Assembly: GCA_030704615.1 (NCBI GenBank)
Contig: CM060734.1
Span: 57,846,001-57,910,000, forward strand
DNA from: Takakia lepidozioides
Taxonomy: Eukaryota > Plantae > Bryophyta
Reading direction: 5' to 3'
Length of the DNA: 64,000 nucleotides
The translations under genes and the position numbers were made by a program. Under the pieces are notes generated by a model that saw nothing but the letters and a program-made list of their open reading frames with translations, searched no databases and was not told the DNA's origin. Positions 13,468-26,139 of the stretch are shown here, piece after piece; position 1 is the first letter of the stretch; the number at the start of each line of letters is the position of its first letter.

Positions 13468-14470
13468 GTCCATTGGCAATGACACTTATTTTGTGATCAC
13501 CAGGTTTAATATGAAGTACATGTCTGTTCATGGGTTGTTATTCACTTTGCCATTCCATCCACATTCAACCTATGTAACCCACTCAATGGGACACCCATGG
13601 GCCGGGATGACACAACGCAGGGTTACACCGTCTGGGGTTTCATAACGTAACATAGCTCTACTTAGTGTAACTCGCATCTGTGGTACTCCACACAGTGTAA
13701 CACAGACGAGTGTAACCCTCTGCAGTGTAACTCATTGTGGTGTAACACTAAGTGTAACCGCAATATAACTATGAACAGTGTAACCCAAGTATGTAACCCC
13801 ATAGAATATTGTTGTTAGCACTTGGTGTAACTCTAAGAATTAGTCGATGATTACAATGTGACTACAGGGTCTGGGTTAGTCTGTCGGGGTTACATGACCC
13901 TTCAATACAGAGTGGGAAGACGCTGAAGTCGAGCACCTTTAGTCGCCAATACCAACCCCTGTATGTGTAACCCCTCTATGTGCAACCCCTCTATGTGTAA
14001 CCCACCCTGCATATGTAACCCATATATGTGTAACCCCTCTATGAAACTTCAGTGCGAAAAAAAAAAAAAAAAAAAAAAAAAAACAAGTGGTGCTCTGAAG
14101 TGGCTGAAGTGTGCATAGGGTGACTCGAGGTGGGGTGACATGCCACGAAACTATATTGTTTCAGCTACATGACCCTGATATAGCCAGGAAGGCCCAACCA
14201 TGTAACCCTGAGAGGCCCATTGCATGTAATCCATAAGTGTAACCCCACGTTGTGAGACCCGGCACGGTGTAACCCATCACTTACGTGTGAACCCACAGAG
14301 TGTAAGCCCATTGCCCCAGGGCCCCAAGGTGTACCCAAGTACTTATCTATGACTCCACTTCATGTAACCCAATAAGGTGTAACCCCATGTAAGCCCATTG
14401 CATGAAACCCAAACTGTGAAGTGTTACGAACAAACCACATAGAAGCAAAAAATGCATGAAGAGACGCTAT

Positions 14471-17400
14471 TTATTTCTTTGGCCATTTGACCAAGTCTTT
14501 GTCCATCTCGTCACACAGCCAACTAATCATATGAGTACGGGAAGCTATCATGGTTGATTCGTCGAACCAACTTGCAGTAAACGCCCGCCTATGACGGGTT
14601 CGATCTTCTGTGGTTTTCACATTGAACTTCCACTCCAAGTAAAATTGCACAAAACAAAGTGCATAATAGCCGCACTCCCAACAGCTCCGTTGCTGGGGAA
14701 CACTGGCCTCAAACCATCATCCTCTCCATGACGTAACTGAAGTCATTAGATCCAGGCATGCAATCAAAGAACGCTATGGCAAAATTTCGCAAAATTCCTT
14801 CAATGAGTTTGGGTCGGGCAATGGTTTTATGGGAGTCCAAATGTACTATCTGACCTCGGCGCTCTAAAACAGCAACACTCCAGTGATCACTGCAACACAA
14901 ACAAAGCCGTAACGTCATAATAGAAAAAAAAAACTCTCCAATGAAACCCTCAGTGGTGTAACCCGGCTGTGGTATAACCCAGTAGTGTAACCGTTTGTAC
15001 TATAACTCTAAACGGTGTAACTCAGCAGTGCAACTCCAAACTAGTGCAACTCAGAACAGAGGAGTGTAACCCAACATGATCAGTCAACACTCAAATTACT
15101 TACTCGAAGACAATAGGGATGACAACCACGTCCACAAGATCTCTATTCTTTGTGAGCACCATCCCTCGGGCATCCTGAGTGTACCATTCTTGCACCAACC
15201 CGAATAGCGTCTGCATATCGTTACCATTGGTACACATGACATGCCACTGGAAAGGAGCACAAATGACAAACTCAGGTGCGATAGCCTTAAACAATTTGGC
15301 CTCCAGAAGTTTGTTGTAACCCGAGAGCAATGCATCTGTGACAGTTGCTCTTATTTTATACATCGGCTCAAAATCTGTCTCTTCCAAGTAAAACTATAAC
15401 AGGGTAGAAGCCAAGAAGGCACCGCCATAATAAAACTTCACTTCGGGCTCCCCAGGAGGGTCCGACACCATTCTGAACTTTGTCAAGTACCGTTGTTTTA
15501 GTTTGCACAACAAACCGCACATTACGAACATTACGATGCATCATACAAGAGTTATGATCAATATTTGCAATCAGAGAGGATTAAAGTACAATGAGGTACC
15601 TCGAACGCTCCCGCAAGTGCTTGGCAAGGACCTCTTGCTGCTGGACAACGTCAACCTCGGAGACCCCTGCACTTTTGCCTTTCGATTTGGTTCGTTGTTT
15701 TTTGGGTGCGACAAGAACATGTACTTCTTTGTCAGCGCTAGGGGGTTCAGCCAACCGCTTTCTTTGAGCAGGCGGCTGTTTTGACCTCCTGGGATTCTCT
15801 GCAACCCCAGGGTTGACAATGCCGCCGGTAGGGCAAATTTCTGGGCCAGAGGTGCCTTATTTTGAGTCTACTGCAAGTGCTGAAAACTGCACTCCCTCGT
15901 CTAAGACGTGCTGGGGAGGTGACTAACCAAGGCCAGAATTGTCACAGCTCACCTCCTCGGTGCTGCCCCTGTCAGTGTCACCCTTTTGTTCAGACCCATT
16001 GTCAGAGTCACGCTTCTCAGTGTCACCCTTCTCTTCGGCTACCTTCTCAGTGTCACTCTTCTCAGTGTCACCCTTCTCTTTGGCCGCCTTATCAGTGTCA
16101 CCCTTCTCATCGGGATCCTTCCCAGTGTCACCTTGCTGAGTAACAATCTTATGTGTATCACCCTTGGCAATGTCACCCTTCTCTTCGACTACCTCCTCAA
16201 TGTCACGCTTCTCAGTGTCACCCTTCTCTTCAGCTACCTTCTCAATGTCACTCTTCTCAGTGTCACCCTTCTCTTTGGCCGCCTTATCAGTGTCACACTT
16301 CGCAGTGTCACCCTTCTCATCGGGTTCCTTCCCAGTGTCACCCTGCTGAGTAACAATCTTATGTGTGTCACCCTTGGCAGTGTCACTCTTCTCAATGTCA
16401 CGATGCTCCGCAACATCCTTCTCTTCGTGACTCTCCACAGTGAAACACTTCTCAGTGTGACCCTGCTTTGTGTCACCCTTCCAACTGACAACCTCCTCGG
16501 TGACACCCTTCCCCGTGTCACCCATGTCGAAGTCATTCTTCTTTGCATCAACCTCCTCAATGTCATCCTTGATTGTGTCGCCTTTCTCCGCACTGTCACC
16601 CTCCAAGACCATGTTGACTAGCGAAAGAGCGTCATCCGTCGCGACTAGTGGCCATGGCAAAGGACTGTCACCCTCCACGACTAGTGGCAGAGGAGTGTCA
16701 TCCATGGCAGTGTTACACTCACGAACATCTGCCATGTGGGTTGGTTGTGGGGTGTCACCCCTACCAGTGTAACCCATGTCAATGTCACTCTCAACGGAAG
16801 TTGCAGTGTTCACGGGCAATGGTGTGTCACCCACGGCAATGTCCCTCACGGCAGTGTCAGCCACACCGGTATCCACAGTGTCACCCTGAGGTGCAGTGTA
16901 ACCCTCCTTCCCTGTTGCTCCTCTTTGCGCAGTGTCACCCTCAGGTGCAGTGTAACCCTCGGTTTCAGGGCCTCCTCCCCTTGCAGTGTCACCCTCAATA
17001 CTGACCACCTCCTCCAATGTGACATGTTGTTGCGCGAAATGACTTGGATCTTCGGTCTGCATCATTCGAACAGTGTCATTCTAAGAGAGGTTGACCACAT
17101 GATCCTCACAAATATTTACATTGTTGCATGGAGGGTTCAACCCAGCATCTCCAGATTCAAAGTCATACACAGACTCTAGGTCAAGCGGGTCCCCGGTTCT
17201 TCGATTGAGACCTCCAAAAGAAATGAGTGGGGCTGCGGACAAAGAGGTTTGCACTTGGGTGTTCCACCTTGATGTATCAGTATCAGAATTCACGGGCAAA
17301 TCCCGCGTCAAGTTTGCTAGGTTCACCCGTAAGTGCAGCTGGGTTGAGTACAATTCACCAACCTGCGACAAAGATACAACGACAAATTGACTTGGAATGA

Positions 17401-19943
17401 TGTCCTCGTCATGTACATTGTCGCTTTGCGGGGCGGAAATTGAATGAAGACGAGAATCAACCATCTCCTCATCATGTAACACAGAGGGCCCATCACTAGT
17501 CTGCACGCCCCCTGTATCGCATTGTGGAGGGGCCCCATACACAACTTCGTGAAGCTCACGTTGAGCCTCAAAAAGGTTTTTGAACGCATTGGCGACTTGA
17601 TTGGTCATGAGCTTGGACTCATCTGCATCGGGGAAAAGACAAACGTTTTTAGTCGTGGAACGAGGTTTTTGAAAGTGCAAGGGTTACACTATGTAAAGGT
17701 TACACTGACTAGGACAAGACAGTGGTTCGGATTACACGATGTGGGTTACACCACCCTGTTAGAGACAGTAATTTGCAATGGGTTACACTACCTGGGTTAC
17801 ACTAGTGAGATTACACAACGAGAGGGTAACAAATCTAGGGTAACACAACGAGGGTAACATTAGGGGTACACTGATTACAGGGTTACACACAGCGAGGGTT
17901 ACACTGAGTACAGGGTTCCACATAGCGAGGGTTACACTAATTACAAAATTACACACAAAGGGGTTACACGACGAGAGGGGTGACAGTGAATGGAGTAACA
18001 CTTACAGAGATACCAAGGCACTATAGACCCAAGGTCTCTCATATACTGGATGCCCAAACGCGCATTGAAGTCCATTTCTGTTGGTGATTCGCTGAAGAGG
18101 CCACAACACCAAAGCTGGATAAACGCTTCTTTCTGATGGATCGCAAAGTGATGGGCGGTGCGACGACGGCTTGTCTTGCAAAACTGTATAGCTCTGTTGA
18201 TCTTAACTGACCTGTCACCCCACTCTTCTATACTCAAACTCAATCTTAAGTCCTCGAGCTCAGAATCCAAGGTCGCAATTCCGTCACCAAGTTGTGCAAA
18301 GTACATCAGACTAAAGCCGTAATACTCATCGACCAGGTCCTTCGCCTTTGAGGCCGTAAGAGCACTTTCCAGAAGGTCAGTCGTGAACCCCAACCTGGGA
18401 TGCGTTTGGGAAACTGACCTGCCATGATTTCTTACATCATTGTGGGCCAGAATTCTCAAAGGAGTGGTGGCGGTCCAATGTGCGGTTTGGTGAGATTCTC
18501 CATTTGACTGATCAATCCTTCCGCAAAACCGCGAGTGAATTCCAACGGATCTGGAACAACCAAACCTTCGATTCCATCTACAATAATAGTGATGACAAGA
18601 GGATTTGAAGTTTTGGCATCGTCAAGGTCGGTATTGCCAACAGCTAGTTCGTCCATCGTGTCATCATCATGTGAGGCTTGGCTCTCTCGATGGACTCGTG
18701 TAAGTCTCCCACCTTTTTTCTTTTTCTGCTTTGGCATGTCAGGATGCCCAATGCTCTCCAAATACTCCTTCACCCGATTCAATTCCTCTATCATTAACGG
18801 ACCATGATCCGGCTGGGCTGTAAACGCCTTGTGGGCAACAACAACATTGTCCATATCATCGCTTCTAAGATGATGTCGAGCTCCCTGAGTAATACAGCAT
18901 GAGGGGTTACACCAGAGAAAACGGTTACAACACGATGGGTTACACATGAAAAAGGGTTACAAGGAAGGTGGGCTACACGGGGTTACACAGAGGTGGATTA
19001 CACACCATAGGGATTTTTAAAAGGGGTCCTCTGTAGGTGGGTTACACTCTAGGTTACATGCCACGGAGGGGTAACACAAAGGGTTACACGGATAGACAAC
19101 AACCCGGAATTTGAAAAACAGAGAAATGGCAGGGAATCCAACTTGATTGTTCGTCGATAGAACCCAACTTGATTTTGCAGCTGTCGCATGGACTGCGCCC
19201 TCGTCTCACGCAACAAATTCTTGGGATGCCGGCCAAAACCCCTTCTCATTGACATTCGGAAATGGGAACTGAGGAATAAGGCCATGCGGTAGCAGAAGGA
19301 TTGAGCCAGGAGCTCGCTTTTGCAAGATGAACCTTGAGCTCCGGTTTCCCCGGTTACCAATGTTGATTTTCTTTGCAATAGGGACAGGTAGAGGCGGGCT
19401 TAATCGCCGCTTGTCTCTCTCGTTAGGAATCTGCCGAACAAAAGGACCAGGGACAGAAACAGCAGGAGCACCAGAAGATGGAACCCTTGTAGCAGAAGTA
19501 GTTCGAAGAAGGTACAACAACAGGCACTTCAATAGGATCTGCAATCTCACCCAAAGCCACCCTATTTTGCAGAATCCATGCATGATATGCATCAACAGAA
19601 GAAGTTGGAACAGAATTCACCACATTTTCAACAGCCATGGCATGCTTGAGCTCCGCATTAGGAAACGGTTTTGTTTCTTTCGGTTTGGCCATACATGCGG
19701 CCGTTCCATCGACAATATGCCGATTCAATCTGCTCTTATCTACCTTTACTTCCCCACACAGTAAGGACATTTGAACTTAGGCCGGCCCTTTGCTCCCTCC
19801 ACCTTGGCCTCTCTACACCTGGTGTGGCAGTACGCGATCACTGTAGCATGCTCGTGCTCAGTGGACCAGACTCGTTCGCCATCCCTCTTCAAGTGATCAA
19901 ATGGAACAGTAGTCTCTCTAGGGAACAGATAACAATCAGCCAT
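14471..19943 (-). pseudogene. Multi-exon Ulp1-like (C48) cysteine protease gene of MULE family B, with N-terminal CxxC..H domain and acidic Gly-Asp-Thr repeat region
   Basis: Catalytic motifs VVVIPIV, HWSVAVL...VHLDS and VPQQRSCWECGYY; stop at 14471-14473. Upstream coding blocks at about 15100-15490, 15600-17680, 17990-18890 and 19200-19943, separated by motif-rich introns. Frameshifts and stops present. Joining all blocks into one gene is inferred. Confidence 0.75.
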
Positions 19944-20699
19944 GGCAAAAGGGCTGACAGAAGAGAAGAGAAGAGCAAGAGCAAGACAAGACAAGACAAG
20001 ACCAAGAGAATTCCGAAGAATGCACAGTAGGAAGCACGCACAACAAGGAGTGCATGAAGAATAGGAAAGGGCTGCGAGAAGGGAAAAACTGAACAATGAT
20101 CAAAGAACGAAGAACGAAGCTAGCTAGATGTCACCCGTAAGGCACGTCGGTTAAGCGAAAGACGATGGTTCATTAAAATCCGGCGGCTTGCAATCAATTA
20201 CATCCGCACTCACTAACACGTGTATGAGTTGCAATCCCGGGTGTCACCCGGAATAGCGGGGTGTAACCCGTAACCCTACACTTGTGAGCGCGACAAACCG
20301 GCCGTTACTTGCATGCGAGACACGTCGAGTGTAACCCTCCGTCATGTACCCACATATGATGTAACCCTTCGTCACAACCTCATGTACCCCTAATCTATGT
20401 GACTCCCGAACACAACATCCATGTAACCCTGTCATATCAAACCATTAGTATGCAACCTCCAGGTAAACATGATCAATGTAACGCCCCACCCATGTAGCCC
20501 TAGCCTATGTGGCTCCGCGAGCGCAACATCCACGTAACCCATCAAACATGAAAACCCCATCTAAACCTCCATTACTAAACCATCTACCAAGCCACCATGT
20601 ATTGCGAAAGAAAACACCGTGTAACCCCCTGTGTGTAACCATAGCACACGTGACGCAGTCATATAAACCATCAGACATGTAACCGGTTGACAGTGCTTG

Positions 20700-21130
20700 C
20701 AGAACACGTCGGATTCGATAGCGATGAGTGGGCTGCCCCGGCTGGTGTGAACAAAAGATACACGAGAGGAGAGTGAATAGGCACCCCGTCAAATGAGCAG
20801 CTGCTTGCATGGCTAGACCGAAAGAAACAAAACTGAGAAAGAAAAAAGATAGAGACAACCGTATCAATCGTAGAGAAAACCGTAGTAATAGATTTGCCGG
20901 ATCGCTGCGCGGAAAGCGTTGTCTTGCATGTTGCTGGGAGGACGATACTGAACTGAATGAACTACAAATCTTTCGCATTGATGTGTGAAGCCGCTTGGGC
21001 GCCACGGGAATTGACGAAAGCTGATGCCCCAAAGCAAAAAAACGAGCGAGCTAGGAATCTGAAAAACGGATGGAGAGAGCAAATTAGGGTTTCAGCCTCC
21101 ATTTCAACCTCCATTCGGCCGTCGGATAGT
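20700..21130 (+). pseudogene. Degenerate third gene of MULE family B, paralogous to the N-terminus of the Ulp1 gene and divergently oriented
   Basis: + strand GCPGWCEQKIHERRVNRHPVK*AAACMARPKETK versus - strand KCPYCGEVKVDKSRLNRHIVDGTAACMAKPKETK (about 19670-19780). Confidence 0.6.
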
Positions 21131-21157
21131 TTACACGTGTATGATGTACACGAGGCG

Positions 21158-22720
21158 GAGTTACAGAGGGTTACATGGAGTGAGGGTTACATAGGGGTGA
21201 GGGTGACACTCTGCGGTGCTACAGAGGGTTACATGGTGGTGAGGATTACAGAGGGTCACAGAGGGTTACATGGAGTGAGGGTTACATAGGGGTGAGCTTG
21301 ACACTTTGCGGTGCTACAGAAGGTTACATGGTGGTGAGGGTTACAGAGGGGTACATGGAGCGAGGGTTACATAGGGGTGAGGGTGACACTCTGCGGTGTT
21401 ACAGAGGGTCAAAGAGTGTTACATGGAGCAAGGGTTACATAGGGGTGAGGGTGACACTCTGCGGTGCTACAGAGGGTTACATGGTGGTGAAGGTTACACC
21501 TGGTGAGGGTTACAGAGGGTTACATGGGTTACAAAGGGTCACAAAGTTACATTGGGGTGAGGGTGACCCTCTGCAGTGCTACAGAGGGTTACATGGTGGT
21601 GAGGGTTACACCTGGTGAGGGTTACATAGGGATACATGGTGGTGAGGGTTATACCTGGTAAGAGTTATAGAGGGTCACAGGGTTACATGGTGGTGAGGGT
21701 TACACCTGGTGAGGGTTACATAGGGATACATGGTGGTGAGGGTCATACCTGGTAAGAGTTACAGAGGGTCACAGAGGGTTACATGGTGGTGAGGGTTACA
21801 GAGGGTCACAGAGGGTTACATGGAGTGAGGGTTACATAGGGGTGAGGGTGACACTCTGCTGTGCTACAGAGGGTTACATGGTGGTGAGGATTACAGAGGG
21901 TCACAGAGGGTTGCAGAGGGTTACATGGGTTACAGAGGGTCATAGAGGGTTACAAAGAGTGAGGGTTACATTGGGGTGAGGGTGACACTCTGCGGTGCTA
22001 TAAAGGGTTACATGGTGGTGAGGGTTACACCTGGTGAGGGTTACAGAGGGTCACAGAGGGTTACATGGAGTGAGGGTTACACTCTACGGTGCTACAGAGG
22101 GTTACATGGTGGTGAGGGTCACACCTGGTTACAGAGGGTCACAAAGGGTTACATGGAGTGAGGGTTACATAGGGGTGAGGGTGACACTTTGCGGTGCTAC
22201 AAACGGTTACATGGTGGTGAGGGTTACACCTGGTGAGGGTTACAGAGGGTTACATGGTTGTGAGGGTTACACCTGGTGAAGGTTACAGAGGGTCACAGAG
22301 GGTCACATGGAGTGAGGGTTACATTGGGATGATGGTGATACTCTACAATGCTATAGAGGGTTACATGGTGGTGAGGGTTACAGAGGGTCACAGAGGGTTA
22401 TATGGAGTGAGGGTGACACTCTGGGTGCTACAGAGGGTTACATGGTGGTGAGGGTTACAGAGGGTTACATGGAGTGAGGGTTACATAGGGGTACGGGTGA
22501 CACTCTGCGGTGCTACAGAGGGTTACATGGTGGTGATGGTTACACCTGGTGAGGGTTACAGAGGGTCACAGAGGGTCACAGAGGGTTACATGGGTTACAG
22601 AGGGTTGCAGAGGGTTACATGGTGGTGAGGGTTACACTCGTCGGAGTTGCAAAGGGTTACATGGGGATGAGGGTTATACCGGGGGCGGGGGTTACAGGGG
22701 CTGACGTGCAGGGGGTTACA
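21158..22720. repeat. Right subterminal minisatellite of GGGTTACA/GGGTCACA/GGGTGACA units (about 1.55 kb)
   Basis: agagggttacatggagtgagggttacataggggtgagggtgacactctgcggtgctac repeated with variation. Confidence 0.97.
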
Positions 22721-23079
22721 GGGAACTGGTGGAAGCGGCGGACTGGTGTCGCAGAACGACGATGGCGACAACGCGCCGTGGGCGACGACGCCGATGGGAT
22801 GAGAGCGGGGGTGGGGAGGGATTGACCGAGCCCAACCGGCTGCCTTTCGATGGCTGCCGGAGGCGGAGAACCGGCGGTATGGGGTTTCAGGGCTGGACCG
22901 TCCTGACGCGCTCGCATTAAGTTCTTACATTATTCCTATTATCTTCCTATAACTATAACATGACATCTAATTATACCATAACTTGCAAACACATATTGCA
23001 TAACATTAAATGATACAAATGTATGAGAAAACAGTCGACAATATGTGGGGAAGATAGAATAGTTGTGGCACTGCATAGT

Positions 23080-23567
23080 GAGGTTGGGTAGTATGCTCAC
23101 ATGAGCACAAGCGTATATTCCGAATATTCCTAAAATGCCTTCGGAATATTCGACAGCGCAACGAAAATTGAGAAACTAAAACATTTGCGAAACTATTTTT
23201 AACTGCTCACATAGGCCCTCACAGCAACACTTAAGAAACCCTATAGGCGTTGGATTTCCTCGCGCTATGCTCACCCGATACTAGGCCCTTTCCATGATAA
23301 ACTTGAGAAAAAGGCGCTGAGCCCATGGTTAATTTATCGAGACGAAACTCTCACTCCTGAAACTACTACTTCATTTTAATTTCTCAATGCGAAATTGAAA
23401 GATAGATGGATAGTTTATCATTTTGATGCAACTATACCCTATAAATGCACCGTGCCTCAAAACATGTAACTCCTATGATCGCGGTTTAAAAACATACAAC
23501 CCCCCTGACCGTGGGTTGTGCTCACACCATGCTCTCGCGCTCACGCATGCTCACAAGATACCACCCC
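23080..23567. mobile_element. Putative non-autonomous MULE-like insertion with 9-bp TSD
   Basis: ctgcatagt at 23071-23079 and 23568-23576. G-rich start and C-rich end form a weak TIR. GCTCAC motif recurs internally. Confidence 0.45.
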
Positions 23568-24345
23568 CTGCATAGTTTGTAACAATGACGATACTTTTTA
23601 TAGGGCCCACCCCCGAAAGGGGACAGTAGCCGGAAGGTGAAGTGGCTCTTAGTTACGTCGGCTACGGCTTCTCTCTCTCTCTAACAAATGACGATACTTG
23701 CATACTTGCATACGAGTGGTGAAGAAAAGTTACATGATAATCAAATCCCAATTTAAGAACTTATTGGACGCGTGCGATCCGATGGTACTTTTGGGCAGCT
23801 TGGGCTCCTATGGCGGCCCCTGTCAAATCCTCCCCATACCCCTTTTACCTTGGTTTCACTATTATTAAATTCTAGCTACGACGACCGAAGGTCAGAAGCT
23901 AGTTTAGCCTAGAGCAGATATAGGGTGCCACAGTGCCACGTCATCATCACCACGTCATCATTGCCCTATCATCGTAGTCACGTTTCATCGTCAATTTGTT
24001 TGGGATCTGCCAGGATTGCCCGCTCGAAAAACCCCAAAGCGCCAAGTTTGTTCGGAGCGTGCCCGGACTGCCCGGTTCTTGAAGTTCTTGAAGTTCTTCA
24101 ACACTCTCGCTGCTCAATGCAAACCGCGGCTTCGGTAGGCTCCGCAGATCACTTTACTTGATCATTTTACTTGCTTAGGCTTGTGAACGCCGTTGCTAAT
24201 CATCATCCCACATTGCATCAATTTCGCAGGCCGAGGCTTCTCATCGCTTCTACCCAATTCCAGTTGTCTGCTTATCGGTGCGAACTCCGCTGATCTTATC
24301 TTTGCAAATTCAGCATCAACTGTTCGCATCATTTTGCTTGCCTAG

Positions 24346-24600
24346 GCTTATGCACAGCAGGGGCGTGGGATGGAGGCTTTGGAGACCTATGAGCAAATGA
24401 TGAGGGAAGGGGTGAAGCCCGAATAACGTGCGTGTGCAAGCCTGGCAGCCCTGGAAAAGGGCATTATACCAGATGTGTTTCTGAACAATACCCTTGTGGA
24501 CATGTATGCCAAATGTGGGAGCATTGAGGATGCAGAGAGAGTGTTCAACAATATGGCTACACGAGATTTGGTGTCATGGAACGCCGTGCTTGCACACTGC
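24346..24600 (+). pseudogene. PLS-class PPR gene fragment
   Basis: GYAQQGRGMEALETYEQMMREGVKP...LVDMYAKCGSIEDAERVFNNMATRDLVSWNA, with internal deletions. Confidence 0.8.
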
Positions 24601-24999
24601 ACCCCTCCATGAAGAAACCTGTCATAGTATTGATGCTCTTGGAGTCGCTAGCAGGAGTTCTTCGAAGATCCTTCACAATGGTGGGACAACCGTGATGGCA
24701 AGGTCCGGCTCCATCATTTATGATATGAAGAGGTTTGTCTGTCCTGCAAAAGTGGATGTTCCTGACAGTATCATACGTTGTTCTTCGTAAGCAGGCCATG
24801 AAAATGCATTGCCCAAGTGTTTTTTCCAGTGTTTGACAAGGTACTAGGGCTGGACAGCTTGGTCTCAGCAGATTGTTCAAAACTAAGTTGCATCATGGTG
24901 GTTTTCACAGACCAATCCAAGATCACCAGAGTAACGACATAAGCAGCACACGCATGAGGTCCTTTGGATTGAGAGTTGGTTGAATCCTCCTTGGTTGAA

Positions 25000-25960
25000 A
25001 GAAAAGCTAGCTGCTTTCATGAGACAAGATCAAGGACAACTGGTGAGGGCGCTTTCTTCTTCAACCATTGTCTTGTTTTGTCCTCTTATCAGAATCTATG
25101 GTGGTTTGGATTTTTTGCACATGTTACTGCCAATGAGTGTGCATCTGCTTTCTAGCTTCCAGACCTTCCATCTCGATGCACTTAAGCAAGAGACAGACAT
25201 ACGTTCTGAAATGCCTCCTTGGTTTAAAGTCTGTAGAGCCTCTGTCAGACTGCCTGCCGCACAAAGCATCTTCACATGCCCAGAAGTGCCAGAAGAGGGA
25301 TTGTGGACTCCCTCTCTTGATCCTCTTTCAGAAGCCGTGGTCATGGTTGAGGTGCCTGATTTTAGCAAAGGTGCCGCTGCAGCTGCTGCCTTTAGGTGAC
25401 CATCTACCCATGCAGGTTTCATGTAGCTATTGATTCACAGGGAATCAAGTTCTAGGAAACATCCAACTCAACTTGTCCCACCATTAACTGGGGTCAGGAA
25501 AGTATTCATTCCACAACTTCTCCTCGTCTCTGTTACCTGTTTATGGATACTTTCCTGTTGTCACATTGGCAATATCATGTCAGTCACTCCAAACTATCAA
25601 AGGTTCACTCAACCAGCTAACTTGCAGAATTCAACACGAAATTTAGGGCCAATTCTGATAATAGGGAAGAACAGGATGAAATGTGTTGAAGAAGGTGCCT
25701 TCATTATCTGACGCTGTGAAAATCCATGGTTCAAAATTTTCAGAGCCTCTTTCAGGTTTCGTGCCTCACATAGTGTCCTCACAAGTTCAGAAGCACCAGA
25801 AGAAATATTGAGAACTTCCTCCCAGGGTCCTCTTTTGGAAGTGGAGGTCATTGTGGAGGTGCCTGATTTTATCAATTGTGCTGCCACTGCCCCTTCAAGA
25901 TGACCATCTACCCTTGCAAGTTTTTTGTAGCTGTCAATCCTCAGCGGCTCATATGCACTC
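25000..25960 (-). pseudogene. Two diverged tandem copies of a PPR-protein-like N-terminal segment
   Basis: VDGHLKAA..KSGTSTMT..VKMLCAAGSLTEALQTLN versus VDGHLEGA..KSGTSTMT..VRTLCEARNLKEALKILN. Confidence 0.5.
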
Positions 25961-26139
25961 TGGTGCTTGAAATCAGGACCTCTCGGATGGATCTGCACCC
26001 ACACTTCATCCCTGCCTCTTTCAGCTAACCCTGCCTAGGCAATAGTATGGCCCTGCTGCTAAGAGCTGACAATGATAACCTAAAATTTATCTAGCAAACA
26101 CCCTGACCATACTTACCACACACTAGTTCTGGTGCTGCA

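Larger units (their letters stand above)
8925..22947 (+). mobile_element. Large Ulp1-containing Mutator-like element (family B, Kaonashi/VANDAL-like layout); right terminus at about 22947, left terminus not seen
   Basis: Transposase (+) convergent with Ulp1 gene (-). Inverted TGTAACCC and GGGTTACA arrays at the two ends. Right-end sequence (rc ggaagataataggaataatgtaagaacttaatgc) recurs at 56685. Confidence 0.8.

Noticed and set aside
14057-14083. Poly(A) tail of a retroposed insert
   Set aside because: No TSD or retroelement body is evident; treated as a simple A-run inside the MULE.
21158-22720. Short ORFs such as MVVRVTPGEGYRG
   Set aside because: By-products of the minisatellite; the same applies to ORFs at 9161-9343 and 11442-12203.
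21158-22720. True interstitial telomere
   Set aside because: The unit is not TTTAGGG or TTAGGG and is mirrored at the other end of a transposon.
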